64,000 nt of DNA from Bugula neritina (taxonomy: Eukaryota; Animalia; Bryozoa), in NCBI GenBank assembly GCA_964035545.1, contig OZ037772.1, positions 2,790,001 to 2,854,000 of the forward strand. The letters run 5' to 3'. The first letter of the stretch is position 1. Each line of letters starts with the position of its first letter. The translations under genes and the position numbers were made by a program. Shown in pieces: positions 18,296 through 29,607 of this stretch. The notes below the pieces were generated by a model. It did no database searches and had not been told where the DNA came from. It saw only the letters and a list, made by a program, of their open reading frames with translations.

Positions 18296-19429
18296 TTGAT
18301 CTTGTCTTCAGCTTCTGCCCAGATATGGCAATTTCAACTTGCTAAACCAAAATTGAAAAGTTCATTTCTATCATTATTGCATATGAAATGAGCATTTCGC
18401 AGTTGAACTCATCAGAAATGACAGAATTAATATGAAAAAGAATGAAATACAGTTTAAATTAGATCAAATTTGTTTGCAGTTTTACTGCATTGTCATGGCC
18501 CATGAGCATAATATCAACATGTAGAGCTAATAGCATGATTGTTTTACTACTACTATTATAAGTTTTTACTTTCAGCATAATTGACTATTACACTTACTAT
18601 AGCAATAGGCATGGTCAATGATCATAAATTGAGTGTTAGCATGGCTATCAGTAATAAGTACAGCATAATAGATTATTATTATAAATGTATTTATACAAAT
18701 AGTAATAGTAATTACTAAAAGTAATATTTTTAGCTATAATTGGTATCCACCAGTTTGCACTACAATTTTAAATTACATACAACTTCAACTTAAAAGTAAG
18801 AGTGAAACGCTTAATAGTTATTGCTATAACTATGACTATTAATATTAGTATAATATGGTAAAATGCGAGACTGAGTACCAGTATAAAACTGATATTTAAT
18901 CTATTTGTAGATTCTAAACTTTTAAATTAGACCTAATAGTAACAGTAATACGATTAACTGTAGCAGCAACCTTGCGGTAACTCCTACAGTTAATCGTAGT
19001 TCTATCATCTATCAGTATCACTATGATTATCATTATGATTATTACTATCAGTATCAGTATCACCATCACCATGACTTCAAGTCTAAAACTATGAGTATCA
19101 GTATGACTGACTGTGAGAGTATCACCACCACTATGAGTGGTGACGATAGTGAGTATCACTATCACTACAATACTTAATTAGTTACTTATAGTTATAGTTA
19201 TACTCTGAGTTATACTACTATCACTATCAGTATCACTACGACTATCACTATCAGTATAACTATGACTATCAGTATGAGTATTGTTCTGCGATGCACAATG
19301 TTTATGTGGGCTTCTAGTGAGTTATTGGGATTTAGTCACAAGCAATTCACCGGTAGTTACGTTTGTAAACTTTATTATAAAACTGTCAAATATAATGTAA
19401 AAATCTCTATAAGTATCACCACAATTGCT

Positions 19430-19540
19430 ACTTTACATCGCTGCAAGTGCGCGCTAGCTAACTAATAATTGTTCTGCTTGGCTTAATCCGCGAACAGTCA
19501 CTTGACCGGAACCTTGCTTTCCGGTCCTTCTGATTGGATA
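19430..19540 (-). promoter_or_regulatory. Possible promoter upstream of the ATAT1 fragment
   Basis: Local CpG enrichment, two CCGGAA (ETS-like) motifs and a CCAAT box (GATTGG), ~1.1 kb 5' of the first coding exon. Confidence 0.3.
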
Positions 19541-22500
19541 GTAAAATATAGTTATAAGTTTTCCACACAAAAGGGGACGACTCCATTATTAGACTACGTA
19601 ATCCCATTACAGTATCACTATCAGTATCCGTCTTCTTGGGTTAGGCAAATTTTCAACTTCCGCGCTGCGATGAAAATTCAACTAATTTTATTTTCAAAGC
19701 TCACGTTTAAGGAACTACAGTGCAAGCAAAAATTATCTAATATCGATGCTTAAAAACAAAAAGAAAACCTATCTATTTCAATTCAACTAATGCCTTGGGC
19801 TTGTAGCTTACTCAATGTTGCCTAACAATTCACAACATCCGCTACGTTTTAATTGTTAGCTAGGGAACCAAAGATCCGAACGGCCTACACAGTTAGTTTA
19901 AGGTCATTACTTTCCAGATTCAGGCACTGCTTTATGTTATATATAAACGGTTTCCAGGGGATAGCTCGAACAGTTTTTGTCTCACATTAACAAATTTTAC
20001 ATGAAAAGATAGCTCTTGCATTCCTCTTTCATATACTTTTTTAATTTTTCAATAAACAATTTTCTGAGAAAGTTGTTGCATAATAAGTAAAATTTTACAC
20101 CCTCCATGTTCCACTGCTGTAGCACAGGGGATTCATTTTATAAAGTCTAAAAGTTAAACTTGACATTCCTTGATATGTTTTCTCTAATATACTTTCTTTG
20201 TTTTTTGAAATTCTGTTTATGCTCTTCACAATTTGGTAAAAACATACACCATTTTGCAAGTTTCACTGCAATTTTCTAAATTCTTCATATGGTGGTTCTA
20301 GCTACGCTCCTGTGACTAATTATAACATTCCTAGTACGTTTGCCGCTCTGCGCTATCACAATAACATATAGTACCCTCTCGCACAAATTGGCAATCTATT
20401 GGATTTCTGCCAATATAATGTTCCCTGTTTTACATTAGCACTTAGCTGAATCATCTCACTATGTTACAATAATAATATATTGAAAATGCCTCAGCACAAC
20501 ATAATTCTTTGTTTGTTTGGCAGAGTTAATTTCAGCTAAATCACTTCACTTTGCAGTCTTGTCAGTAAAGGTCTGTCTATAGAGCAGCAGGTGTACTTTC
20601 AGTTTCTCTAATTCACATATGACTATTTTAGGTACATTGTATTCTATAAGATCAATTTAAGGTTTAGTCCAGTGTTCAGTATCTAATTATTATGCATGTA
20701 TGTTGTCTTACTGTTGAACAAAAGTTAAAAAAAACTTTACAATTATAGCCATATTTATTATACATGCGTAGGATTTGCATAAGTTGACAAAAAAAATTGC
20801 AACAAAACAGGATTAAACCATGACCCACCAACTCCTCGCTGACGCCTCTAACCTCTAGACCACGCAGTCATCGTTAATAAGACGCGCACTATATGAGTCA
20901 CTATCATTACATAAATATTTCGCGCGCAAACGGGTTATAATTATTAGGCTGTCAATTCATGTTGATAGCAGTCAACTGTTGCAATAGTCTCGGGTTACTA
21001 GCAAAGCTAATGGTTTTGAACAAATAACCCAAAAGTTTAAAAATAAGTAGCTTGCGTATTGCTAGCTACAAAAACAGGTCTGAAATAGACTGGTAAAGCA
21101 AGCTCTTATTGTAGAGTTTGCAGATGTGCTCTAAAATAAAATTTAAACTGTATGCTATTACATAAGTATTTGTATGTGAGAGATAAATGGACATTACTGA
21201 GTTTTTGGAAAACAACATACTTGAAGTTAACTTTGACAATGGTGTGTTATTTTCATCATACACTAGCACAGATAGGGCCTATAGCATAAATCTCTAATCA
21301 TATGAATCTTTATGAAGCCCACAGCTCATGTAAGGGTGGCAAATGTAATTTGAAACTAAAAATTATGTTGCTGCATTGTGTCTAAGGTATATTAGAGAGC
21401 AGAATTTGGTTTTACTAGCCTACCCCAACGGCATTCTACAATGCAGCTTATATGCTGGCAGTTGTAATAAGTACTGCTAATAGCAAGGTTACTATCACTG
21501 CTAGCTCTGTGCAGTATGTAACCTCTTGAATAATTGCGCCAATTTTAAACTCTTGGAAGTTGGCCAAGTTATCATATCGCAGCCAGCCACCGGAGACAAA
21601 GCATCAGAGCTATTCATATAATATTATACTGATGCACTTGGTAGCAGAGTGGCTAATCTAATATAGTTCATAGTTCAACACCCTTTACTTTGGGAATACA
21701 GCCTCTTTTTTTAGGTTTACCTTACAAAGCATGAAAATATCTAAACTGATATTCTGATAATTTAGAGGTACATTTTGAAAACTAGGTTAATTGCACTTGT
21801 TTGCACAACAACAATAATAAAATAGATATTATGCAGTATAATAAAAACACACATAATACTATATAATATATTATAATGATAATAATATAATATTATAAGT
21901 ACCATTACTGCATTTTATAAATCACATGGTTGCCAAAAAAATGTATCACAAATTTTGTAATTATACATCAAAAATAGAACTAGCTAGGCAGCAGGTTAGA
22001 ATAGAGTAAATTTTTAAAACATGAAATCATGATTTGACTATTGTTTTATTTAGGCCAACCAACCTAGGAATACAAGATTGGGTTTTAGCTGACAGTTTAT
22101 AACATTTAGCTTTTGAGCCAGCAGCACTGGCACTTGTGAAGTATAGGCAAAGTTAGTAAAGCGAGACTAACAAGCACTCAAATACAAGGCATATTGAGAC
22201 GCAATAACAAGCCAGGAGCGTATAAATTGAAAAGAATGTGGAAGGGGACTATGTTTTTCAACAAGCTATAACTTAAACATGAATTGGCTTTTGAAAAAAA
22301 TAAAAAAGTATATTGGAGAACATAAGTTTCTTTATCTTTTCATATTTTTTTTGTTCCTGTGACATTCAACCTGTTCGAGCTATCAGTGGAACATTGTTCA
22401 TATAGAACATAAAGCACCTGGCAAAGAGCCAGAAAATGAAAAGTATGACCTTAAACTAACTGTGTACATAACGTTTTCAGACTAGGGGGCTTGTTTTTTG

Positions 22501-22647
22501 TGTCATGTATTATAATCTTTTCCACCAATCTTCTCAATTTGTTTTTATGACCATGGGCAAGGCCAAGGTTTCTTCGCGGATCTGCAGCAAAAATGAAGAG
22601 GATTGTTGTGAAACAGAAGTTGCATTTGTGTAGTTTATCATTAATAT

Positions 22648-22842
22648 TGTTGATGATATGCTGAATAAGCTTTGTCTTTGTTTGTAAAGGTTTATACTTT
22701 ATACTATGTTATTCGTGTTATTAATAATAGTCAGTTTGTGCTTTTAGATCTATCCAGAGTGGACCTTTAATATCTTGAGCAATAAACTATCTTAAACTCT
22801 TTGACCGGTCTCTGAATCTATAAAGCAAACATAGCATAAACA
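22648..22842 (+). repeat. 5' LTR of the Mag-like element
   Basis: Identical by eye to 27196-27390. Confidence 0.95.
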
Positions 22843-22860
22843 TGGTGCCCCGAGTGAGGA
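22843..22860 (+). promoter_or_regulatory. Primer-binding site, elongator tRNA-Met-like
   Basis: TGGTGCCCCGAGTGAGGA directly after the LTR. Confidence 0.7.
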
Positions 22861-22951
22861 CTTAAAGAAACTAAAAGTAAAGTGTTTGCTGGAAAGAGAG
22901 ACAACAAACAATACAACTAAATCAAAAACAACAAAAAATCACAATATCAAG

Positions 22952-25900
22952 ATGAGTATCAGTGTTGACTTTTTAGCCCCCAAGCCTATTCAAGATGGCT
23001 CTGACTTGTCCAACCAGTGGACGAGATTTAAAGAAGAATTTGAGCTATTCCTCACAGCAGCTGAGAAAGCAAATTCTGATGATAAAGTCAAAGTAGCCAT
23101 TATGTTAAGATGCATAGGCCCAAGAGGCAACGACATATTCAAAACATTCACTTTCTCAGATGGTAAATCAAAAGAAGTCTATGCTGATGTTGTGGAGAAG
23201 TTTGATGCTTTTTGTCAACGAGGCACTAATAAAGTAGTAAAAAGACATCAACTGTTATCAACCAAGCAGAATACCATGAACATTGATGAATATGTCACCT
23301 CGCTTCACAAAATCGCTCGAGAGTGTCAACTGGACACAATGTATGACGATTTCATGCTTCAAGCTTTACTCCTGGGCATCAACGATGCCCAACTAAGAAG
23401 GAAGCTATTTGATGATGCCAGCGGGGATACTGGCTTAGGACTAGAAGAAGCTATAAAGAAATGTCGTATTGCTGAGAATTCAAGGAATGACATGGCTGCA
23501 ATCCAGTCTGAAGAATCAGTGCAGTTCATCGGTTCCAGAAAGAAGCATAATAAGCCAAGCAAAGATGATGATGATAATGCAGTAAGGTCCACTCGAACAG
23601 GAAACTTCTCAAAAGGAAGTTGTGGCAACTGTGGGCAATCTCACCCTCCCAGAAAGTGTCCTGCATACGGTCACCAGTGTCATAACTGCAAAAAGTATAA
23701 CCATTGGAGATCTCAATGTCGCTCAAAGAAGCAAGTAAACATGGTAGAAGAAGACAGTGATGGCTCAAGTGAATCGTTGTTGAGCATACAGGTAGTCAGA
23801 AAGAACAAAAAGTTGATGACAACTATAAGAGCCAGTGTGAATGATAGTCACAAACCGACACAGTTTCAGATTGACACAGGAGCATCCTGTAACATTCTCA
23901 ATCACAAAGATTTTGTTGATCTCGGTAAGCCAAAGCTTGACAACAACCAGACAAGACTAAAGCAGTTTGATGGTTCTATCACTCGAGCATTAGGAGGATG
24001 CGAACTAAAAGTAGCTGGAGAGAAGCTGTATTTTCTGGTGCACAAGACACAAAATCACAGCCTTCTATCTGGTGAGGCCGCTCTTCAGCTCGGTTTGATA
24101 ACCATTAAAGAGGAGTGGGTTAACCTACTAAGCAATGCCAGCCTAGAGGACATTCTCGGAAGCTACCCAGAGGTTTTTGAAGGTATTGGATGTTTGCCTG
24201 GGGAATACCATATTGAAATAGATGATAAGGCTATCCCAAGACAAAGTCACAACAGAAAGACGCCTCTCTCGATGGTAGCTGATCTCAAACAAAAATTGCA
24301 GTCATACACCCAGAAAGGTATCTTAAGTCCAGTAGACTATCCAACAGCTTGGATAAACAATCATGTGGCTGTGAGAAAACCCAATGGCACACTGAGAGTA
24401 TGTTTAGACCCAAGCAACCTAAACCAAGTGATTCAAAGAAATCATTTTCCAATGCCGACGCTGGACGATGTGCTTAGCGAGCTGGATGGTGCTCGAGTAT
24501 TCTCATTGTGTGATGCCAAGGACGGCTTTCTGCAGATAAAGCTCAGCAAAAAGTCCAGTGATTTAACTACATTCTGGACGCCATTTGGCAAATACAAATG
24601 GCTGAGGATGCCTTTTGGGTTGTCCTCAAGTCCTGAAGAGTTCCAGAGGAGACTCTCAGATGCACTTAGCGGTCTCGACGGAGTAACTGTAGTAGCAGAC
24701 GACATCCTAATTTATGGGAAAGGAGCTACTCAAGCGGAAGCAGTGCAAGACCATAACCAAAAGCTCGAAAAACTTTTAGCCAGAGCACGTAGGGTTAATC
24801 TCAAGCTAAACAAAGAAAAATGTAAGTTTCTTCTAGAAGAGCTACCTTATATTGGTCATTTGATAACAAAAGATGGAGTGAAGCCCGATCCTAATAAAAT
24901 CCGAGCCATAACGGACATGAAGCCCCCTGTCAACAGTGAAGAAATACAGAGGTTTCTTGGTCATGTGAACTACCTATCAAAGTTCATACCTCACTGCTCT
25001 GCTGAATGTGAACTACTAAGACGGCTGATTGGTGTAAGCAAGGAAGAGTTTGTCTGGGGCCAAGATCAAAAGAGAGCGTTTGATGAGATTAAAAAACTCA
25101 TCACGAAAACTTCTTCACTCAAATACTTCAACATGAACCAGCCAGTAGTTGTACAGACTGATGCAAGTCTAGAAGGGCTCGGAGCTGTACTTTTACAAGA
25201 GGGGCAACCAGTAAGCTATGGCTCTAGAAGTTTGACAGATAGTGAGAAAAACTACGCACCTATTGAACTAGAACTTCTGGCCATCATCTATGGGATGCAG
25301 AAATACGATCAGTACGTTTTTGGAAACCCAGATGTAACTGTACACACGGATCACCACCCTTTAGAAACAATATTTAAGAAGCCTCTGAACAAAGCGCCTA
25401 AACGCCTGCAATCAATGCTATTAGCTCTGCAAAGATACCAAATTAAAGTGCACTACAAACCTGGTTCTGAACAAGTTACAGCAGACATGCTGTCTCGCGC
25501 TCCTGTTGGTGAACCCCAGAACAATACATTAGAAGAACAGATTTTCACAGTTAATCAATTAAAGTCATTTATGTCTGACCTAAGCGAAACGGGTCTGAAG
25601 CAAGACCTGCCAGTGTCAGAAGCGACCTATAAACTGATCCAACAGCATACGGGTAATGATCCAGTAATGGTGCAGCTGCAATCTCTGATAACCTCAGGAT
25701 GGCCTAACAAATTATTTCAACTTCCAGAAGAGGTGAAGCCGTACTATTCATACAAAGATGAACTTGCAGTACTAGATGGGATTATTTACAAAGGGTCTAG
25801 ACTGGTTGTGCCCATAGCTGCCAGAGGTGAGATACTCAACAAGCTTCACACTAGCCATCAAGGAACAGCTGCCACTATCAGAAGAGCTCGCAATGCGGTA

Positions 25901-26935
25901 TTCTGGCCTCAAATGGCTGAGGACATTCGAATGAAAACTGACAAGTGTGTCACATGTGCAATGGATGCACCTTTACAACAGCATGAGTCTCTGCAAAACC
26001 ATGACATACCAGACTTACCTTGGAGTAAAGTAGGCATGGACATACTAACCTATAAGCATAAGGATTATTTGATGCTGGTAGATTATTACTCTGACTTCTT
26101 TGAATGTGAACCTCTATCTGATACACAATCTAGAGCAGTAATCAAGGCTTGCAAGAAAACTTTCGCAAGGTATGGGATCCCTCACCAGCTTCAATCAGAC
26201 AATGGACCACAATTCACCTCGGCCGACTTTGCTCGATTTAGCACTGAATGGGGTTTCAGCCATACAACCTCATCTCCGGGACATCAGCAGTCGAATGGGA
26301 AGGCAGAAGCAGCAGTTAAAATAATCAAAAGGCTGATGAAGAGAGCAGAAGACCCATATTTGGCTCTGCTAGAGTATCGAAATACCCCGACTGCAGGGAT
26401 GACCTCATCACCAGCTCAGAGGATGTTTGGGCATTCCACGAGGTCTATTCTTCCTACAGGTGACATGCCAAAGAACAATGTCTTACAGCAAAAAGCTAAC
26501 AAGAGAAAAGTGGTACAGAGCAGCTACAATAAATCAGCTAAAGATTTGACAAAGTTGGCTATTGGCTCGCCAGTGCTGCTGAGAGACTTTGTGTCACAAA
26601 AGACTAGATGGCAGCAGGGTAGAGTGGTTGAACAGCTGTCGGACCGATCATACCTTGTCTCAAACAAAGACACAGACATGGCTGTGAGGCGAAACAGGGC
26701 CGATTTGCGCCCTCTGAGTGATGTGGAAGCTAGTCCGCCATTGACTACAGTTGAAATACCAACAGACGCCAATGACCCAGTTTCCAGTCATTCTGTTCCA
26801 GACGCACAGATTCAATCAGCCGCAACAGCAATTCTTACAGAAGCGAATACAAACCCTGATCCAGCCCCAGTTAGATGGCAACGGTCAAGACAAACAAAAA
26901 CCCCAGCTAAATATGAACAATACGAACTATACTAG
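22952..26935 (+). CDS. Gag-Pol polyprotein (Gag, two CCHC-type knuckles, PR, RT, RNase H, IN)
   Basis: CGNCGQSH..C / CHNCKKYNH..C, DTGASCN, MPFGL/VADD, TDAS..ELELLA, HTSH..CVTC, SDNGPQF..SNGKAE. First ATG at 22952. Confidence 0.95.
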   Translation: MSISVDFLAPKPIQDGSDLSNQWTRFKEEFELFLTAAEKANSDDKVKVAIMLRCIGPRGNDIFKTFTFSDGKSKEVYADVVEKFDAFCQRGTNKVVKRHQLLSTKQNTMNIDEYVTSLHKIARECQLDTMYDDFMLQALLLGINDAQLRRKLFDDASGDTGLGLEEAIKKCRIAENSRNDMAAIQSEESVQFIGSRKKHNKPSKDDDDNAVRSTRTGNFSKGSCGNCGQSHPPRKCPAYGHQCHNCKKYNHWRSQCRSKKQVNMVEEDSDGSSESLLSIQVVRKNKKLMTTIRASVNDSHKPTQFQIDTGASCNILNHKDFVDLGKPKLDNNQTRLKQFDGSITRALGGCELKVAGEKLYFLVHKTQNHSLLSGEAALQLGLITIKEEWVNLLSNASLEDILGSYPEVFEGIGCLPGEYHIEIDDKAIPRQSHNRKTPLSMVADLKQKLQSYTQKGILSPVDYPTAWINNHVAVRKPNGTLRVCLDPSNLNQVIQRNHFPMPTLDDVLSELDGARVFSLCDAKDGFLQIKLSKKSSDLTTFWTPFGKYKWLRMPFGLSSSPEEFQRRLSDALSGLDGVTVVADDILIYGKGATQAEAVQDHNQKLEKLLARARRVNLKLNKEKCKFLLEELPYIGHLITKDGVKPDPNKIRAITDMKPPVNSEEIQRFLGHVNYLSKFIPHCSAECELLRRLIGVSKEEFVWGQDQKRAFDEIKKLITKTSSLKYFNMNQPVVVQTDASLEGLGAVLLQEGQPVSYGSRSLTDSEKNYAPIELELLAIIYGMQKYDQYVFGNPDVTVHTDHHPLETIFKKPLNKAPKRLQSMLLALQRYQIKVHYKPGSEQVTADMLSRAPVGEPQNNTLEEQIFTVNQLKSFMSDLSETGLKQDLPVSEATYKLIQQHTGNDPVMVQLQSLITSGWPNKLFQLPEEVKPYYSYKDELAVLDGIIYKGSRLVVPIAARGEILNKLHTSHQGTAATIRRARNAVFWPQMAEDIRMKTDKCVTCAMDAPLQQHESLQNHDIPDLPWSKVGMDILTYKHKDYLMLVDYYSDFFECEPLSDTQSRAVIKACKKTFARYGIPHQLQSDNGPQFTSADFARFSTEWGFSHTTSSPGHQQSNGKAEAAVKIIKRLMKRAEDPYLALLEYRNTPTAGMTSSPAQRMFGHSTRSILPTGDMPKNNVLQQKANKRKVVQSSYNKSAKDLTKLAIGSPVLLRDFVSQKTRWQQGRVVEQLSDRSYLVSNKDTDMAVRRNRADLRPLSDVEASPPLTTVEIPTDANDPVSSHSVPDAQIQSAATAILTEANTNPDPAPVRWQRSRQTKTPAKYEQYELY

Positions 26936-27195
26936 ATAATTATACCTAATCTGACCGAAGACAATTGGATAATAAACTCTTAAAAAAAAAAAAAAAACAG
27001 ATTTAAATAGCCCGAACCCAGAAAATAATATAATATACTTTAAATTAACAAGAGAGACAATCGTGTAATAATATGCTAATCTTCTATAGACTATTAATAA
27101 CAAAATCGTATTACTTGTTCATGTATCAATTCTTAATTTTTGTTTAGTTTTTTTTCGTTTGTTTGTTCAACATTGTCAATTATTTGTAAAGGGGA

Positions 27196-27390
27196 TGTTG
27201 ATGATATGCTGAATAAGCTTTGTCTTTGTTTGTAAAGGTTTATACTTTATACTATGTTATTCGTGTTATTAATAATAGTCAGTTTGTGCTTTTAGATCTA
27301 TCCAGAGTGGACCTTTAATATCTTGAGCAATAAACTATCTTAAACTCTTTGACCGGTCTCTGAATCTATAAAGCAAACATAGCATAAACA
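27196..27390 (+). repeat. 3' LTR of the Mag-like element
   Basis: TGTTGATG...ATAAACA followed by TSD AATAT. Confidence 0.95.
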
Positions 27391-27592
27391 AATATTATTA
27401 TTAATGATAATAATTATTGATAATGAAGTAAATTTGTGTCTGACACCAGGTGTCACTATTGACGGTAAGTAATCTCACTTAACAATGAGGGTCGGAATAA
27501 AATTCCCTTGTGCGGAAAACTGATTAAACTATCTAATACTGTTTGTTGCCAAATTATTTGTTAATGTGATTTTAATATTTTCCAGTGACTAT

Positions 27593-27925
27593 TGATTTCT
27601 GGTGTTCGGTAACAGTGCTGGAGTGTGATAGGGACACGGCTATGGTTCGCCGATTTATATCACAGCAACTGTAGTCAGAGACAGTGACAGAAATCTGATT
27701 CCTGATGTTCGAATCGCAGAGACTCGACAGGAATTTCGCAACGCAAGAGTCACTACAGTGGAAAAATGATTTCTGGTGTTCGGTAACAGTGCTGGAGCGT
27801 GACAGGGACATGGCTATGGTTCGCCGATTTATATCACAGCAGCTGTAGTCAGAGACAGTGACAGAAATCAGATTCCTGGGATTTGAATCACCGAGATTCA
27901 ACAGGAATTGCAGCGCAAGTAATCA
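27593..27925. repeat. Diverged ~174-bp tandem duplication between the two LTR elements
   Basis: TGATTTCTGGTGTTCGGTAACAGTGCTGGAG... at 27593 and 27767. Confidence 0.9.
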
Positions 27926-28107
27926 CCATTGACAAACCTATAGAAACTAACCACCACTATTGCCAACTCAATAGCAACCTAATCAAAGAGCAGAGTATTT
28001 CGCAAAGAATAAAGTTTATTATATTTATAAGAGTCAATTATAAACATTACAACAGGCAACAGTCGACTGACTGCTACTAAAAATTACAACTCTATTTATA
28101 TCAATAT

Positions 28108-28412
28108 TGTGGTGGCTCGTGGAGCTACCAGCAACACAATACGCAAGGTTGCGTATTGACCCGGAGCAATGTATTAGCCAATTAGCTAGGCTGTTTATGA
28201 GTAATAGTAGCAGCTTCGCGCTACTAGCTCAGTTGAGGATAGTGCTGTAAATTAAATAGACGTGCGTATTATTACTGTTGTAAATTAGACTTTATTATGT
28301 ATTCTTGTATTCAAATATAACGATATCTACTCGACTTAACTCGGTGAAGTTTCTCTAGTGATAAATAGACTCTCTTGGTGGCACATCGACCCTAAATCTG
28401 AAAATCATAACA
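28108..28412 (+). repeat. 5' LTR of element 2
   Basis: Matches 35239-35543. Confidence 0.95.
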
Positions 28413-28413
28413 G

Positions 28414-28431
28414 TGGTGGCAGCGGTGGGAT
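28414..28431 (+). promoter_or_regulatory. Primer-binding site, tRNA-Leu
   Basis: TGGTGGCAGCGGTGGGAT is the complement of the tRNA-Leu(AAG/TAG) 3' end. Confidence 0.8.
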
Positions 28432-28445
28432 AGTGTACATCAAAG

Positions 28446-29312
28446 ATGGAGACTGAAAATGCTAGAATGCAACCACCCCCAGTAGAAGGTGAGCGTAGAA
28501 ATGATGTTAATCCTGTGAATCGTGAGGGAGAAGAAGCTTATAGATATTGCTTGAAAGCTCCCACCTTTACTGGGTCGGAAGATGTCGAACAATTTATACA
28601 AGAATTTAGAGAGGTAATGGAGATTGCTCAATGGCCGCATAGAGTGGCCCTTATCCAATTGCGGAGAGCGGTGACGGAACAAGCCAAGCCGTACGGAGTG
28701 GGAACGGACGTAAACGGGATACTGGCTGCGCTGCGGGCCCGTTTTGGCATCTCCGCAATAGACGCTAGGACCAAGCTAGAGAGATTGTGCCGCACCCCGC
28801 GGACCTCGCTGCAAGAACATGCCGCGACGGTGAAGAAGCTGGCGCAGATTGCGTATAGCGATCTGCCAGCACAACACCAAGAGCGTTACACCTATGACGC
28901 CTTTGTCCAGTCACTAAACGACCTGGGCCTACACCATCAACTACGAGCTAAAGGGATAACCAGAATAGAGGATGCCCTGAAGGCTGGAGAAGCTTACCTG
29001 TTGGCGACCCAAATGCATCGAGCACAACGGAACTCACCAGTAGTTGGAGTCAGCGCTGCCAGGGCTACGACAGGTCCCGAAGCCCTTCCGCTGGAAGCCG
29101 AAGTGGACCGTATGGTAGAGATGCTGGGACAACTGGTAACCATTCTGGCCGGTGCTAGCCCCGGTCAGGCCCTGCGGGTGCCCTCAACGCCTGTGGGGCA
29201 GGGCTGGAGTAGTGCTGGTCAGGACCAGGGACAGAAAGGACGACCCCAATACCAGGGGGCGTTAAACTGTCACGGCCCGCGGACACTCTCCCTCCCCGCG
29301 GGCTGCAACTGA
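28446..29312 (+). CDS. Gag of element 2
   Basis: Capsid-like PTFTGSEDVEQFIQEF...ALRARFG...SLQEHAATVKKLAQIAY; follows the PBS; no intact CCHC. Confidence 0.85.
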   Translation: METENARMQPPPVEGERRNDVNPVNREGEEAYRYCLKAPTFTGSEDVEQFIQEFREVMEIAQWPHRVALIQLRRAVTEQAKPYGVGTDVNGILAALRARFGISAIDARTKLERLCRTPRTSLQEHAATVKKLAQIAYSDLPAQHQERYTYDAFVQSLNDLGLHHQLRAKGITRIEDALKAGEAYLLATQMHRAQRNSPVVGVSAARATTGPEALPLEAEVDRMVEMLGQLVTILAGASPGQALRVPSTPVGQGWSSAGQDQGQKGRPQYQGALNCHGPRTLSLPAGCN

Positions 29313-29607
29313 AATAGTATGGTGGGACACGCCGTCGTCTGTTCGTACGGACACGACGGAACACCCCACCCGAGTGGCAGGTACCACGCAGGACTAGTAG
29401 GCCCGCACAACGGCCGAGTACCTTCTCCCTGCCACTCGCCAACCGGTTCCACCGGTTACCTCGGGAAGAGCCCGCCACTGAAATGGAGCCAGAAGGCCCA
29501 GTGGAGAGCCCCAAACCCCGCCGGCACCAACCTCGCCGCCGGAAACCCCGTAAACCACGGGTGAAACCCCCGCCGTCCTACCAATCCAGGACAGCACATG
29601 CGGGGGG

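Larger units (their letters stand above)
22648..27390 (+). mobile_element. Full-length Ty3/Gypsy LTR retrotransposon, Mag/K02A2.6-like
   Basis: 195-bp TG...CA LTRs, 5-bp TSD AATAT, PBS at 22843, PPT AAAGGGGA (27188-27195), single gag-pol ORF. Confidence 0.97.

Noticed and set aside
19600-22600. Additional gene
   Set aside because: Only short stop-interrupted frames and transposon-end-like sequence; nothing recognisable.
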